Below, piece by piece: positions 27,808 to 38,800 of a stretch of 64,000 bases of DNA. The stretch's first letter is position 1; each line of letters starts with the position of its first letter. Source of the DNA: an uncultured bacterium (GTDB lineage Bacteria > Verrucomicrobiota > Verrucomicrobiia > Verrucomicrobiales > DEV007); contig CAXBMO010000007.1 in the NCBI GenBank assembly GCA_963977015.1, positions 1 through 64,000 on the forward strand, read 5' to 3'. The notes under the pieces are model-generated. The model was given only the letters and a program-made list of their open reading frames with translations. It was not told where the DNA came from and did no database searches. The translations under genes were made by a program, and so were the position numbers.

Positions 27808-29586
27808 ATGGAGTTAATCGATAACACCGCCAGTGCTGAGAGCACGGCACCACAATCCGCGCAAGCTCAACCAATGGATGGAGCGCAAGCCCTGGTCAAA
27901 ACCCTGAGTGACCTGGGAGTCGAATACATTTTCGGATATTCCGGCGGAGCAGCCCTCCCGATTTTTGACGCACTTGAAACCGTCGACTCCAAAATCAAGT
28001 TCATCCTCACCCGCCACGAACAAGGAGCGACCCACATGGCTGATGGTTATGCCCGCGCCACAGGAAAGCCGGCGGTGGTCCTGGTTACGAGCGGCCCCGG
28101 GGCCGGAAACACCATCACGGGCATCATGACGGCTCACATGGATTCCGTGCCGATGATCATTGTTACCGGTCAACAGGTAACATGGATGCTGGGGAAAGAT
28201 GCGTTTCAGGAAGCAGACATTTTCGGAATCACGATGCCGATCGTGAAACATAATTTCCTCGTTCGAAAAACGGACGATCTCCCGCGCATTACCCGAGAGG
28301 CATTCCATATCGCAACCACGGGGCGTCCCGGTCCGGTCTTGATTGATGTTCCCAAGAACGTGAGTCAGGACGAGTTCCACGGCGATCTCAATGCCCCAAT
28401 TGATCTTCCCGGATACCACATCGAGCCCTCGTTTGAGATCGACGAGACCCAGATCGAGGCAGCGGCAGAGCTGATCAATCGGGCCGAACGCCCGGTCATT
28501 CTGGCTGGTCATGGAGCGATGATCGCAGGCGCTGAAGCGGAGTTGCTCGAACTCGCGACGAAAGCCGACATCCCGGTTACCAATACTCTTCTAGGTAAGG
28601 GAGTTTTTCCCGAGAGCCACGACTTGTCTCTCGGAATGCTCGGAATGCATGGAACGGCCTATGCCAACAAAGCGATGGTCGAGAATGATCTCATCCTGAA
28701 CATTGGCTCTCGCTTTGACGACCGCATCATCGGTCAGGCTGACAAGTTTGGAGCCAAAGCCAAGATCATCCACATCGACATTGATCCAGCAGAGATGAAC
28801 AAGATGATCGAGGTTGATGTGCAGATCGTGGGCGACGCAAAATCCGCCCTTCAGAAACTCATCCCCCAGATCAAGCCTCGCCAAAACAGCACTTGGCTGG
28901 AGACGCTTGATGGCTACAAGAAGAAGTATCCCCTCTCCTACAAGAAGCAGGGAGGACTGCGAATGCAGCAGGTTCTTGACGAGGTTTACCAAATCACGGA
29001 AGGCAAGGCCATCGTGACGACCGACGTGGGTCAGCACCAGATGTGGGCGGCTCAATTCTACAAGACCGACGAATCCTGGAAATGGATCAGTTCCGGTGGA
29101 GCGGGAACCATGGGATTTGGCTTTCCGGCGGCCATTGGAGCACAGTTCGCGTGTCCCGATGACATCGTGATTGCCGTGGTTGGTGATGGTGGTTATCAGA
29201 TGACGCTGTGCGAACTCGCCACCGCAGTGATCAACAAGCTGCCAGTCATCATTCTGGTTTTGAACAATCACTACCTCGGAATGGTTCGCCAATGGCAAGA
29301 ACTGTTCTTCGATAACCGGGAAAGCGGTGTGGATCTTGACGGGAACCCCGACTTCGCAAAACTGGCGGAAGCCTACGGAGCCCAGGGCCTGACGATCAAA
29401 CGCCCAGCGGACATCGGGAAGATCATCGAGAAGGCCCTCGCCTATCGCGAAGGACCGACCGTGATCAACGCCGAATGCATCAAGACCGAAAACGTGTTCC
29501 CCATGATTCCGGCGGGTGCTGCTCTCGAAGATATGTTGACCGAGGAGCCCAAGCACAAGATGGCCAAACCCGTTGGCTCTACCTAG
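27808..29586 (+). CDS. ilvB: Acetolactate synthase large subunit
   Basis: RHEQGATHMADGYAR, TSGPGA, GMLGMHG, DVGQHQMWAAQ, GDG TPP motif, GMVRQWQ. Confidence 0.96.
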   Translation: MELIDNTASAESTAPQSAQAQPMDGAQALVKTLSDLGVEYIFGYSGGAALPIFDALETVDSKIKFILTRHEQGATHMADGYARATGKPAVVLVTSGPGAGNTITGIMTAHMDSVPMIIVTGQQVTWMLGKDAFQEADIFGITMPIVKHNFLVRKTDDLPRITREAFHIATTGRPGPVLIDVPKNVSQDEFHGDLNAPIDLPGYHIEPSFEIDETQIEAAAELINRAERPVILAGHGAMIAGAEAELLELATKADIPVTNTLLGKGVFPESHDLSLGMLGMHGTAYANKAMVENDLILNIGSRFDDRIIGQADKFGAKAKIIHIDIDPAEMNKMIEVDVQIVGDAKSALQKLIPQIKPRQNSTWLETLDGYKKKYPLSYKKQGGLRMQQVLDEVYQITEGKAIVTTDVGQHQMWAAQFYKTDESWKWISSGGAGTMGFGFPAAIGAQFACPDDIVIAVVGDGGYQMTLCELATAVINKLPVIILVLNNHYLGMVRQWQELFFDNRESGVDLDGNPDFAKLAEAYGAQGLTIKRPADIGKIIEKALAYREGPTVINAECIKTENVFPMIPAGAALEDMLTEEPKHKMAKPVGST

Positions 29587-29612
29587 TCCAAACCCATTCC
29601 CCTTCAAATTCC

Positions 29613-30161
29613 ATGAGCAAAGCTCCAATTATTACGACCGACTCTGACATTTCAGAGGATAACACACCGCTTGAGAGTGCCCACACGCTCAGTGTCTACG
29701 TCAACAACCAACCCGGCGTGCTCGCGAGAATTGCCCTGACCTTCTCGCGCCGCGCTTACAATATCGACTCACTGGTCGTTTCCCGCGGCCGGGATGAGCG
29801 GTTTTCACGAATGACAATCGGAGTGAGCGGCGATCCCGCGGTTCTCGATCAGATCATCAAGCAGGTGAACAAGCTCATTGATGTGATTCACTGCTTTGAG
29901 CACACTTCCAAGGAGGCCGTTGCCAAGGAACTCGTGATGATCAAAGTCCTGGCACCACCCTCCCAGCGGACGGAGTTGCTCCAGATCATCGATCACTTTG
30001 GGGGGAAGACCGTCGATCTGACGGAGACTTCCGTGATCGCCATGATTAGTGGCGACACCCCAAAAGTGGATGCAGCGGTCAAACTTCTCTCCGCCTACAA
30101 GGTGATCGAGACGGTCCGGACCGGTAAAGTCGTGATGGCTCGCGGTGAGCAACCCACCTAA
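29613..30161 (+). CDS. ilvN: Acetolactate synthase small regulatory subunit
   Basis: HTLSVYVNNQPGVLARI, QIIKQVNKLIDVI, ETVRTG; start placed at ATG 29613. Confidence 0.93.
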   Translation: MSKAPIITTDSDISEDNTPLESAHTLSVYVNNQPGVLARIALTFSRRAYNIDSLVVSRGRDERFSRMTIGVSGDPAVLDQIIKQVNKLIDVIHCFEHTSKEAVAKELVMIKVLAPPSQRTELLQIIDHFGGKTVDLTETSVIAMISGDTPKVDAAVKLLSAYKVIETVRTGKVVMARGEQPT

Positions 30162-30170
30162 ACCAGCCTT

Positions 30171-30347
30171 GCCCGCATTTCTCACGAGCCTGCGGCTGCG
30201 GCTTGCCCAATGGCATTCCTGCTGCGTTCCGCTCGAATTTCGGGATTCACGGTATGTCGGCATAGCGCTCATCCCGAAATCCTTCGCGCGCCTTTCATGA
30301 ATGCCATTTGCCTGCGCCTCGCGACGCGGTTCGTGAGAAATGCGGGC
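30171..30347. repeat. 177-bp palindromic MITE/REP-like element
   Basis: Terminal inverted repeat matching 19/20 bp (30171-30190 / 30328-30347) plus two nested perfect 10-bp inverted repeats. Confidence 0.75.
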
Positions 30348-31303
30348 TAGCCGTCCGAACGAGGGTCAAACTTGGTTTGCTTGGCAAGCTTGCTCCAGAG
30401 CTCCTTTTCTTTTGAAGAGGAGATCTTCGGGAGTCTGACGTTGATTTCCACGTAGAGATCGCCAAATCCGCTTTCGCCAATTGGAAGTCCCCGTCCCTTT
30501 ACTCTCAGGGAGGTTCCAGATTGAGTTCCTTCAGGTATTCTCACCTTCATTTTTCCATGAAGAGTCTGGAGAAGAATCTCGGCACCCAAAACGCATTCCC
30601 AAGGAGCCACGTTCAGTTCATGGTAGAGGTCTGAACCCTCCACATGAAAGTCAGGGTGTCGCTCTAGCCGCACCCGAAGAAGGAGGTCTCCTGATGACCC
30701 TCCCATTGAACCGACGCCTCCCTGCCCCGCACAGCGGATGAGTTGCCCGTCCTTGACCCCTTTCGGAATCTTCACACGGATCACCTTCTCTTCCCCATTC
30801 CCACGCTTCAACCTCACTTGCCGAGTGGCCCCTTCCATGACCTCTTCGAGCTTCACGAGAAGAGCAGTCTCAATATCCTTGCCTCTTGAGGGCCCAGCTT
30901 GCCGAGCCTGAGGGCGACCACCAAATGCCCCAAACGGATCTGAACTTCGATTCCCGAAGATGTTTTCGAAAAAGTCGCTAAAGCCGGTGCTCCCTCCAAA
31001 CTCATATTCGAACTGCGTGTTACCGCCCGATCCCGGAAAACCTCCCCATCCGGGAGGGGGAGTAAACTCGCTACCATGCTGCCAATTGGCTCCCAGCTGA
31101 TCATATTTCCGCCTTTTCTCGGGATCACTCAGGACTTCATAAGCCTCATTCGCCTCTTTGAATTTGGCTTCCGCATCCCCGCCTTTATTGACGTCGGGAT
31201 GATATTTTCGAGCCAATTTTCGGTAGGAACTTTTGATCTCAGCTTGGGAGGCGCTGCGCTCAACGCCCAACACTTCGTAGTAATCGCGAAACTTAACAGC
31301 CAT
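30347..31303 (-). CDS. cbpA: DnaJ-class chaperone, CbpA type (no zinc finger)
   Basis: J domain with HPD, G/F-rich region, DnaJ_C; no CxxCxGxG repeats. Confidence 0.8.
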   Translation of the reverse strand: MAVKFRDYYEVLGVERSASQAEIKSSYRKLARKYHPDVNKGGDAEAKFKEANEAYEVLSDPEKRRKYDQLGANWQHGSEFTPPPGWGGFPGSGGNTQFEYEFGGSTGFSDFFENIFGNRSSDPFGAFGGRPQARQAGPSRGKDIETALLVKLEEVMEGATRQVRLKRGNGEEKVIRVKIPKGVKDGQLIRCAGQGGVGSMGGSSGDLLLRVRLERHPDFHVEGSDLYHELNVAPWECVLGAEILLQTLHGKMKVRIPEGTQSGTSLRVKGRGLPIGESGFGDLYVEINVRLPKISSSKEKELWSKLAKQTKFDPRSDG

Positions 31304-31375
31304 TTTTGTTGGAGTGATTTACAACGTAGCCCAGAATTGATGAAATGCTAAATTCAGGAATACGTCCCTTCAACT

Positions 31376-31588
31376 ATGAGTAACAAGAACCAACCAAGCT
31401 TCCTCACCAAAATTCGCCGCTTTTTTGCCGCCATTTTTTTGATCGTGATCGGAGGCGAAACGGCTCTCCTTTATCGGATCTATGACGCGCACGGCGTGGA
31501 AGGGATTTTGAGTCCAGAGTCCATTGGACAGGAAAACACGACTCCCAATCCAGAACCGGTAGATCAGGAGATCGAAACCTTGCGATAG
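31376..31588 (+). CDS. Small single-TM hypothetical protein
   Basis: ATG start, hydrophobic segment FFAAIFLIVIGG, fills the intergenic gap. Confidence 0.5.
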   Translation: MSNKNQPSFLTKIRRFFAAIFLIVIGGETALLYRIYDAHGVEGILSPESIGQENTTPNPEPVDQEIETLR

Positions 31589-31695
31589 CCTGATCATCGG
31601 CCAATCGAAAAGCGCCGCAATACTGCATTGAGGAACGGAAACCTGGTTCAAGCTATTTCGTTCAGCAGGCAGGAAGGCATCGGCAACCTGATCGT

Positions 31696-34071
31696 TCAGA
31701 ATCCGAAACCGCCACTACCGCCATAGAAATCAACCGGCAACCCCAATCTTGGGAATGCCTTCAGCGTCAGACTGAACACCAGTCCAAGTTCCTCTTGGAT
31801 TCGATTGTCTCGAACCTGAGCACCAAACCCAACCGTCCAGCTGGAGAGGTCTCGATGGAGGGTGTACTGCTGAAGCTCAAGTGTACCGTCATTGAACTCA
31901 TAAAAGTGCGCTGTTCCAACACCCCAGTTGTCACTCAGCCGCGTGTAGGTCGTGAAGCGCATGTTGCTGCTGTCCAAGAAGAACGGGTGATCATCCAGAT
32001 AGAAATGCCCCACCGTAAACCTGAAGTCCCTGAACGGTTGGAAGGATAGGTAGGTATTCATCTCGGTGAAATCGAACTCATCACCAAGCGGAATTTGAGA
32101 ATCCACAACCATCGAAAGCCATGGAAGGGGAATCCAACGCAACTCATTAAACAGGTTGGACATGTCACGGTTGGATTCCGGATCCTCAGGATACAATTCC
32201 ATGAAGGTATTCAGTTCCAACCAAGGATAATTGCCTTCGTTTCTCTTCGTGAGAAGACGATTGTAAGCACCAACCCGAATGATGTTCCAATCCGTGATAC
32301 TGTCAGTCGCGGGATAACGGCTTACATCGAGCGGACGGAGCTTGGTGGACGGAGCAAGGCGGTCGATCGCTGGAAATCCAGATCCCAAGCTCTCACCTGA
32401 AACATAAGAATACCTCGTGTAGGGTTGAAAGACATGATGCAATTGATCCAACCCAAGTTTCCTGTTGTTCACCTGGTCATAGGTTTTTGACATCTTAAAT
32501 GAGATGTCGGCCCCAAGGTTCACAAAGCTCCCGTCCACGGTATCTTCCATGAACAGGTTTCCAGAGACATCATCATAGCGCCGGTATCCAAAACCTGCCC
32601 GAGGAACAACGTTCAACCATCCACCAAATTGAGCTGGGTAGGATACCTGCTGAAAGGTGTAGAACCTGTTAAACGAATTTTCGTCAAGTTGCCTGGTCAA
32701 GCTTTCGATAAGATCGGCTTCGACCACCGGATCGATGATGCGATCCAAGAACTCCGGTCGATCATCGCCCGTGACATCGGCAAAATCTTCCAGCAACTGC
32801 AAGCGCTCTTCGGCCAGCGCAGATCGGCCTCGAGCATACTCACGTTCAGAATCTGCCAACGACTCCTCGAGAACCGAGAAGCTGGTATTCCCCTCGTAGA
32901 ACAAATTCGTATCAAAAATTGGCTGCCGGGTGAAATCGAGGGCGATTTCAGGCAATCGCGTGTCAGTCCGGAAAAAGTCGTTCAATTGAAACCGCCCAAG
33001 AACACTCAGCGTCCCCCGCGGATGATTCTTGACCAAATTAATCAGGTTGTCAGGCCGCGGATCGTCACGGTATTCACCGGGAAAGAAGTCCAAATAGAAC
33101 AATTCATCGCTGAGTTTGTTGATATCAACATCCAGATAAAGCGAGGATTCGTCGGGCCCGGGAATGTAAACCCGATGTTGCACATTGAAACGATATCTCT
33201 CCGAATCAAAATCGGTAAGCCTGGGTTCTCCACCGGTCCCCTGATTTGGGGCGTCATCCTGGGCATAGTAAAAATAGATCTGCCCAAAATTATCGGTGTC
33301 TTTGTGCTTCATCGACTCCAATTCAATACCACCAGCAAGACCGCGCTCTGATCGATAATCCAATTCAGCGGTAGCCAAGGTATGATCGCCGAGAAGGAAT
33401 CCATACTGATTTAAGACGTAGCCACCCCAGGCGTCGCTGTAGCCAGGAGTGAAGTAATAGCCCAACTCATCATCAACCGGCTGCGCATAGATTGGCATGT
33501 ACATCACCGGGACTCTTCCAAACATCAGCACCGCGCCTTTGAAGACGACGTATTCGTCGGGATAAATGTTGATCTGGCGGGCCTTGATCTTGTAGTTCGG
33601 ATTTTTGACATCATGGGTTGTCAAAAACGTGTCCTGAGTTCGGATCACGTCGATATCATCGCTGGGAAGAGTGACCTCTCCGGTATCGTAGTAAAGTGGA
33701 TCCAGACCGCTCCGCATCCCACTTGCAACGATCACCCCGGTATTGACGTTGTAGACGGTTTCTTCTCCCCGATAGACTTGGCCATCCTTAAAGATCGAAA
33801 CATTGTCTCTGGCAAAAATGTCGCCCGTATTCTGGTGATACTCTGCCTCGTTGGCATAAATCTTAACATCTCCGTAATTGATCACCACCTCCCCGCGTGC
33901 TCTCGCGATACCAAGTTGTTGATCGTAAGTAGTTTCCAGACTTTCGATCTGAACGGATTCGGCGGCTTCTTGAACCTCTCCCAGCATGTCAAGCTGCCCA
34001 AAGGAAGCACTGACTCCTGAAAGAAAGATGGCAAAGGGGAATAGCCGCGTGGTGTTGAGGATGTTGACCAT
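31696..34071 (-). CDS. lptD: LPS-assembly outer membrane protein LptD
   Basis: Signal peptide, OstA-like N-terminus (ARGEVVINYGDVKIYA), VPVMYMP, beta-barrel character; start uncertain (34071 or 34107). Confidence 0.8.
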   Translation of the reverse strand: MVNILNTTRLFPFAIFLSGVSASFGQLDMLGEVQEAAESVQIESLETTYDQQLGIARARGEVVINYGDVKIYANEAEYHQNTGDIFARDNVSIFKDGQVYRGEETVYNVNTGVIVASGMRSGLDPLYYDTGEVTLPSDDIDVIRTQDTFLTTHDVKNPNYKIKARQINIYPDEYVVFKGAVLMFGRVPVMYMPIYAQPVDDELGYYFTPGYSDAWGGYVLNQYGFLLGDHTLATAELDYRSERGLAGGIELESMKHKDTDNFGQIYFYYAQDDAPNQGTGGEPRLTDFDSERYRFNVQHRVYIPGPDESSLYLDVDINKLSDELFYLDFFPGEYRDDPRPDNLINLVKNHPRGTLSVLGRFQLNDFFRTDTRLPEIALDFTRQPIFDTNLFYEGNTSFSVLEESLADSEREYARGRSALAEERLQLLEDFADVTGDDRPEFLDRIIDPVVEADLIESLTRQLDENSFNRFYTFQQVSYPAQFGGWLNVVPRAGFGYRRYDDVSGNLFMEDTVDGSFVNLGADISFKMSKTYDQVNNRKLGLDQLHHVFQPYTRYSYVSGESLGSGFPAIDRLAPSTKLRPLDVSRYPATDSITDWNIIRVGAYNRLLTKRNEGNYPWLELNTFMELYPEDPESNRDMSNLFNELRWIPLPWLSMVVDSQIPLGDEFDFTEMNTYLSFQPFRDFRFTVGHFYLDDHPFFLDSSNMRFTTYTRLSDNWGVGTAHFYEFNDGTLELQQYTLHRDLSSWTVGFGAQVRDNRIQEELGLVFSLTLKAFPRLGLPVDFYGGSGGFGF

Positions 34072-34291
34072 GGCAGACGGGTTGGAGGGACCTAACATTT
34101 GTCCCATTCCTTAACAACTCCAAATTTTCGTTAACTTGGAGTTATCTTGGGCCACCTTTTAACAATGAATCATCAGTTTACCAAAGAAAAAAACGCAAAT
34201 ATCACGCTGAAACCTCTCATTCAATGAATCGGCCGCCCACTTTGCGGGTGCAACGCAGCCGCAATTCGCCCCGAGGAATTCCGAACCGCTT

Positions 34292-35215
34292 CTAGCACTC
34301 CAATTCTGCAAGATAGCGCTCCGCATCCAGGGCTGCCGCACAGCCATCACCGGCCGCAGTAATGGCCTGCCGGTAAACGTGATCACTCACATCGCCAGCC
34401 GCAAAGAGACCGGTAACGTTGGTCATCGTGCCCTTTCGCTGAAGAATGTAACCATTCTCATCGAGATCGACGACTCCATTCAGAAACTGGGTGTTGGGAT
34501 CGTGCCCAATTGCGACAAAGACACATTTCACCTCCAGTTCGCCTGAATCCCCGTTCACCGTGTTCTCGGTTTTCACTTTGGTAACCTCGCCATCGTCGTC
34601 GGCGACATATTCCGTTACAACGGCGTTCCAGACGGGTTCAATCTTCGGATTGGCCAACGTTCGATCAGCCATGATTTTGGAAGCCCTCAGCTCATCCCTG
34701 CGATGCACGAGATAGACCTTTGAAGCAAATTTGGTCAGGAACATCGCTTCTTCACAGGCGGAATCCCCTCCCCCAATCACAGCAACCGGGACATCCCGAT
34801 AGAAAGCACCGTCACAGGTTGCGCAACTCGTCACGCCATGCCCGATCAGTTCCTTTTCATTGGGCAGGTTCAAATACCGGGGGCTCGCTCCGGTTGCCAG
34901 AATGACCGTCTTGGCCTCGTAAGTTTGCTCTCCCGCCTGAACTTCGAAATGCTCCCCGACTTTCTTGATTCCCGAAACCATCTCATACTTGACCCGGGTT
35001 CCAAACTTCTCCGCTTGGGCCTGCATTTTCCCCATCAATTCGGGCCCCATAACGCCCTCCGGAAAACCTGGAAAATTCTCCACCTCGGTTGTCGTTGTGA
35101 GTTGGCCACCAGGCATCGCTCCGGCGAGAACCAGGGGATCAAGGTTTGCGCGGGCCGAGTAGATTGCGGCGGTCCAACCGGCGCAACCGGTTCCTACAAT
35201 GACAACGTTTTCCAT
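34292..35215 (-). CDS. trxB: Thioredoxin-disulfide reductase
   Basis: GGQLTTTTEVENFPGF, CATCD, GGGDSACEEA, YRQAITAAG. Confidence 0.96.
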   Translation of the reverse strand: MENVVIVGTGCAGWTAAIYSARANLDPLVLAGAMPGGQLTTTTEVENFPGFPEGVMGPELMGKMQAQAEKFGTRVKYEMVSGIKKVGEHFEVQAGEQTYEAKTVILATGASPRYLNLPNEKELIGHGVTSCATCDGAFYRDVPVAVIGGGDSACEEAMFLTKFASKVYLVHRRDELRASKIMADRTLANPKIEPVWNAVVTEYVADDDGEVTKVKTENTVNGDSGELEVKCVFVAIGHDPNTQFLNGVVDLDENGYILQRKGTMTNVTGLFAAGDVSDHVYRQAITAAGDGCAAALDAERYLAELEC

Positions 35216-35265
35216 GGCGAAGGATTATGAATTGGTTCGATCCGTCGTCAAATCCTCACGCGACC

Positions 35266-35871
35266 TTAATCAGACAATGCCGGAATTCCTTCCACTGCGC
35301 CCCGCAACTCCTCAAAATAGTCCTTCGCCTTCCCCGGGACGTAGCCGCTCCTTCTCCAGAGCTCCTTCCCTTTGTGATCCAGCAAGACGATGGTTGGGTA
35401 TCCGGTGATGCGATATCGCTCCTTCATCATCTGCATCGATTCCGGGGCCGAGCTGATCGATTGAGGGTAATCCAGAAATGACATCACCAATTCCTTCCGG
35501 GCAAAATCGTTAAACGTCCGACTCAGGAAGACTTCATCCCCCAGTTTTCGGGCATTCTCGCTCCAACTTAAGGCCGTAAAGAGAATCAAAAGCGGCCGGT
35601 CTTGCTTCCGCGCATCCTGCATAGCCTTGCCCGGATGGCGCTCCCAGCCGACAAATTGGATGCTGGAATAGTCCCGATCGGGCAACGCCCCCTCTTGAAC
35701 GCCACCCGTTGGGTCGAAATCCTCAGGAAGAAATGACGGCTCTTCCAGCGTCTCTTCAGCCTGGAAGTCCCCGGTTTCGTCAGTCGCACATCCTCCAAGA
35801 AGAACGCAACATGCGATCACAGCGCCATAAATTTTCAGGGACATCTGCTGATTGGACGGCTGAAGACTCAC
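35266..35871 (-). CDS. Thioredoxin-fold lipoprotein lacking CxxC
   Basis: Lipobox LLGGC; LILFTALSWSENARKL, GYPTIVLLD. Confidence 0.7.
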   Translation of the reverse strand: MSLQPSNQQMSLKIYGAVIACCVLLGGCATDETGDFQAEETLEEPSFLPEDFDPTGGVQEGALPDRDYSSIQFVGWERHPGKAMQDARKQDRPLLILFTALSWSENARKLGDEVFLSRTFNDFARKELVMSFLDYPQSISSAPESMQMMKERYRITGYPTIVLLDHKGKELWRRSGYVPGKAKDYFEELRGAVEGIPALSD

Positions 35872-35889
35872 GCCTTCACCAAAAACAAC

Positions 35890-38800
35890 CTATGGATTTG
35901 AAGTGACCACCTCCGCTTTGCGCAAAATCGTCTCCCCTCCCTTGTCTTCCAAGTAGAGGTAGCCGCGTCGCAATGTCTCGACGACTTTGGTCACGTTCTT
36001 TGGCTTGTCGCTCGTGGTATCAACGATTCGCACGAGCCGTCGACTCTTCAGGTCAATTCGAGTGCCAGGGTCGAACTCGAAGGCTTTGACGGAATAATCC
36101 CCCAAAGTGTCGAGCAAGGCTTCCCGGAAAATGGCCAACTGCTCACCCTGATCCCGAGTTGCGCTGTCATTGGTGTATCGACGCACCATATCGTCCAGCA
36201 GGTCGATTCTTCGAATCAGGTTCGTTGCAAAATCCTGGATGGTACCGGCCTCGAGCGTCGCGGCTCCCGCCAGGACCTGCGATCGGTCTTCCAAATCGCG
36301 AGTTCGTTTTTCCAATTGGGCCCGTTCGCGATCCTTGCGCTGCAATTGTTGCTCGAGATCAGCCAATTCTTCCGCCTTCTTATCCATGCTTGTGATCCGT
36401 TCCTGAATCACTCGCTCCCGTTTTTCAATCTCCTGCAATTGCTGAGTACGTTTCTCCAATTCCTGCTGGGCCTGCGTTTTCTGATTCTCCAGGGAATCAA
36501 ACTGTCGTGACGAAAGGCTGACCCGCTCCAACTTTTCGTTGGCTTCGTCTATCTCTCGCAGCTTGTTCGCCAACTCTTCTTCCGCCGCATTCCGCTTGGC
36601 GATGATGTCGTTCAGTCGACTACTATGAGTGTCTTCCAGTTCACGCCGCTCGGAATCCGTCATTTGCACGCTCGAACGCGCCTGATGCAGGTTTGCCTCG
36701 AGCTCCCTCAGCTCCAGTGTTCCCGCAGAGATTCGATCACGAAGCCTTTTTTCCGCTCCGTCGAGATGTTCCAAACCAACCTTCTTTTCGCGATGAGCTC
36801 CGTCTGAGGCTGATCTGGCATATTCAATATCTTCGTTGACGAGCCTCAGCGTTTCGTAGGCATCGTTGATCTTTTCATCCACACTTTGGAGCTCAGTTCG
36901 CTTGTCCTTCACCAAGCGTTCATGGCGCTCCTGCTCCTGGCGGAGATCCGTCTTCGCCCGAAGCAACTCTTCCTCTCTCTCCTGAACCATTCCGGCGAGT
37001 TCCTTCATGTGACGTTCGATCTCCTCGACCTTTTTGCGTTTCGACTGGAACTGCCGCTCCATGTCTTCACACTGCTCAACGGCCTTATCCTGCTCGCTCT
37101 CCACGTTCTTCGTCTCGATCTCGGCGTTCTTCTTGCGCCGGTGAAGCACCTCGATCTCCTCTTCACGCTCCCTTACCTGAAGCCTCATATCGTCGAGACA
37201 AGCTTCGATCCGCTCGAAGTCCGCCCTGAGATCACGAAGATTGCTCTGTTCGCGCTGGCGCTCGTTCCGTGCTTCCAGAAGAGCACCTTCCGCTGCCTCA
37301 GTTTCAGTTTTGAAGGATGCTCGCGTTTTTTCGAGATTCGCCATCTCTGTTTCAGCTTCCGTTCGAACCTGGGCCAAAGCCTCTCTCCTCGCCTCAATCG
37401 CCTTGTCAATATCCGCAAGCTCATGCTCACGCGCGGCCCGCTTCGTCAGAAAATCGGCAGCCTCCTCGTCGGCATCTGCCTTCTGGGTTTGGAGTGCCAA
37501 AATCTGGTGCTGAATAGACCGTTGATCTTCGAGCAATTTCTCCCTCTCAACCCGGGCTGCATCGGATTCCGCCCTCAGTTCTTCGAGCTGCCCTTCCGCC
37601 TCGGCAACCTCGTCATGAAGTTCCTCAAACCGCTCTCGCTCCAGCTCGTAGGACGTTTTCGTCTTGGCAGTTTCGGCACTAAAGATATCGAGTTTGTCGC
37701 GAGTCTCATCGATTGACGCTTCGATTTGGGCCAAGTCGCCTCGCTTGTCCTCAAGCTCGTCCTCCATCTCCTCGATCTGCTCCCTCATCCGGATCTTATG
37801 GCCTGCGACGTCGGCGATCGCCGCCCGAATATCGGCTGTATCCTCATCGAGATTCGCTTTCTCTCGTTGCGCGCGCTTTAGCTCTTCCTTGGCAGCCGCC
37901 AATGCTTGTTTCCCCTGACGCTCTTCATTCTGGATCGCCTCCAATTTCTCGGATTCGCGACGCTGCGAAGCCATCGCCGTTTCCAGTTCAGTCCGCACCG
38001 CATCAAGCTTTGCCCGGCTTTCCTCCATCGCCTTGGTGTTCTCCTTGGCTTTGGCCATCGCAGCTTTGGCCTCCTTCTCGGCGTTCTCCTTCTTCTGATC
38101 GAAATCCTGGAGAATTTGGCGCAATTGCCGGGTCTCGGAATCGGCCAGCTTCCGCTCCTGCTTGGCTTCATTGAGTTGAGCGACCGCTGCCGCAACCAGG
38201 GCCTTCTCACTATCGAGCCTTTTGCGAACTTCGCTTAGTTCGGCATTATCCCGCTCCATCGCGCCCTGCGCATCATCCAGATCGGCGCGCGCTTTCTCGG
38301 CGGCCTCTTGAGCTTCTTCCGCCTCACGCCTTAAACTGCTGATCTTTGTGCGCAAAGACTCGCTTTCCTCTCGCATTTCCTCTCGATCAGATCGCAGAGC
38401 CTCGGTTTCTTTTCGCAAGGAAACCGCCCGTTCCTCCGCCTCTGCCGTTTTTGCGAGTGCAGACTTCTGACGCTGCTCCAACTCCGGAACGGAGTCGCGA
38501 AGTTCCTTGGTCTCCTGACGCAACTTTGAATGCTGCTCCTCAAGAGAGGTAACTTCTTCACGAAGCTTGGACCGCTTTTCATTGGCAACGGCTCGTTCTT
38601 TCCGTGCCTGTTCGACTTCATCCTGGATCTTATCCAGTTCATCCCAAAGCTCGTTAATTTGACGCTCGGCCTTGATCCCGTCACGGGAAGCCGAAACCAA
38701 CTGCTGCTCCCTTCCGCGATACAGTTGCAAAGACTTCCGGACGCTTCCCAATTCGTCTTGCAGCGAAGAGAGGTCTTTCTCTGCCGATTGAACTTCGCTA

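Noticed and set aside
28591-29628. 345-aa minus-strand ORF
   Set aside because: Antisense to ilvB
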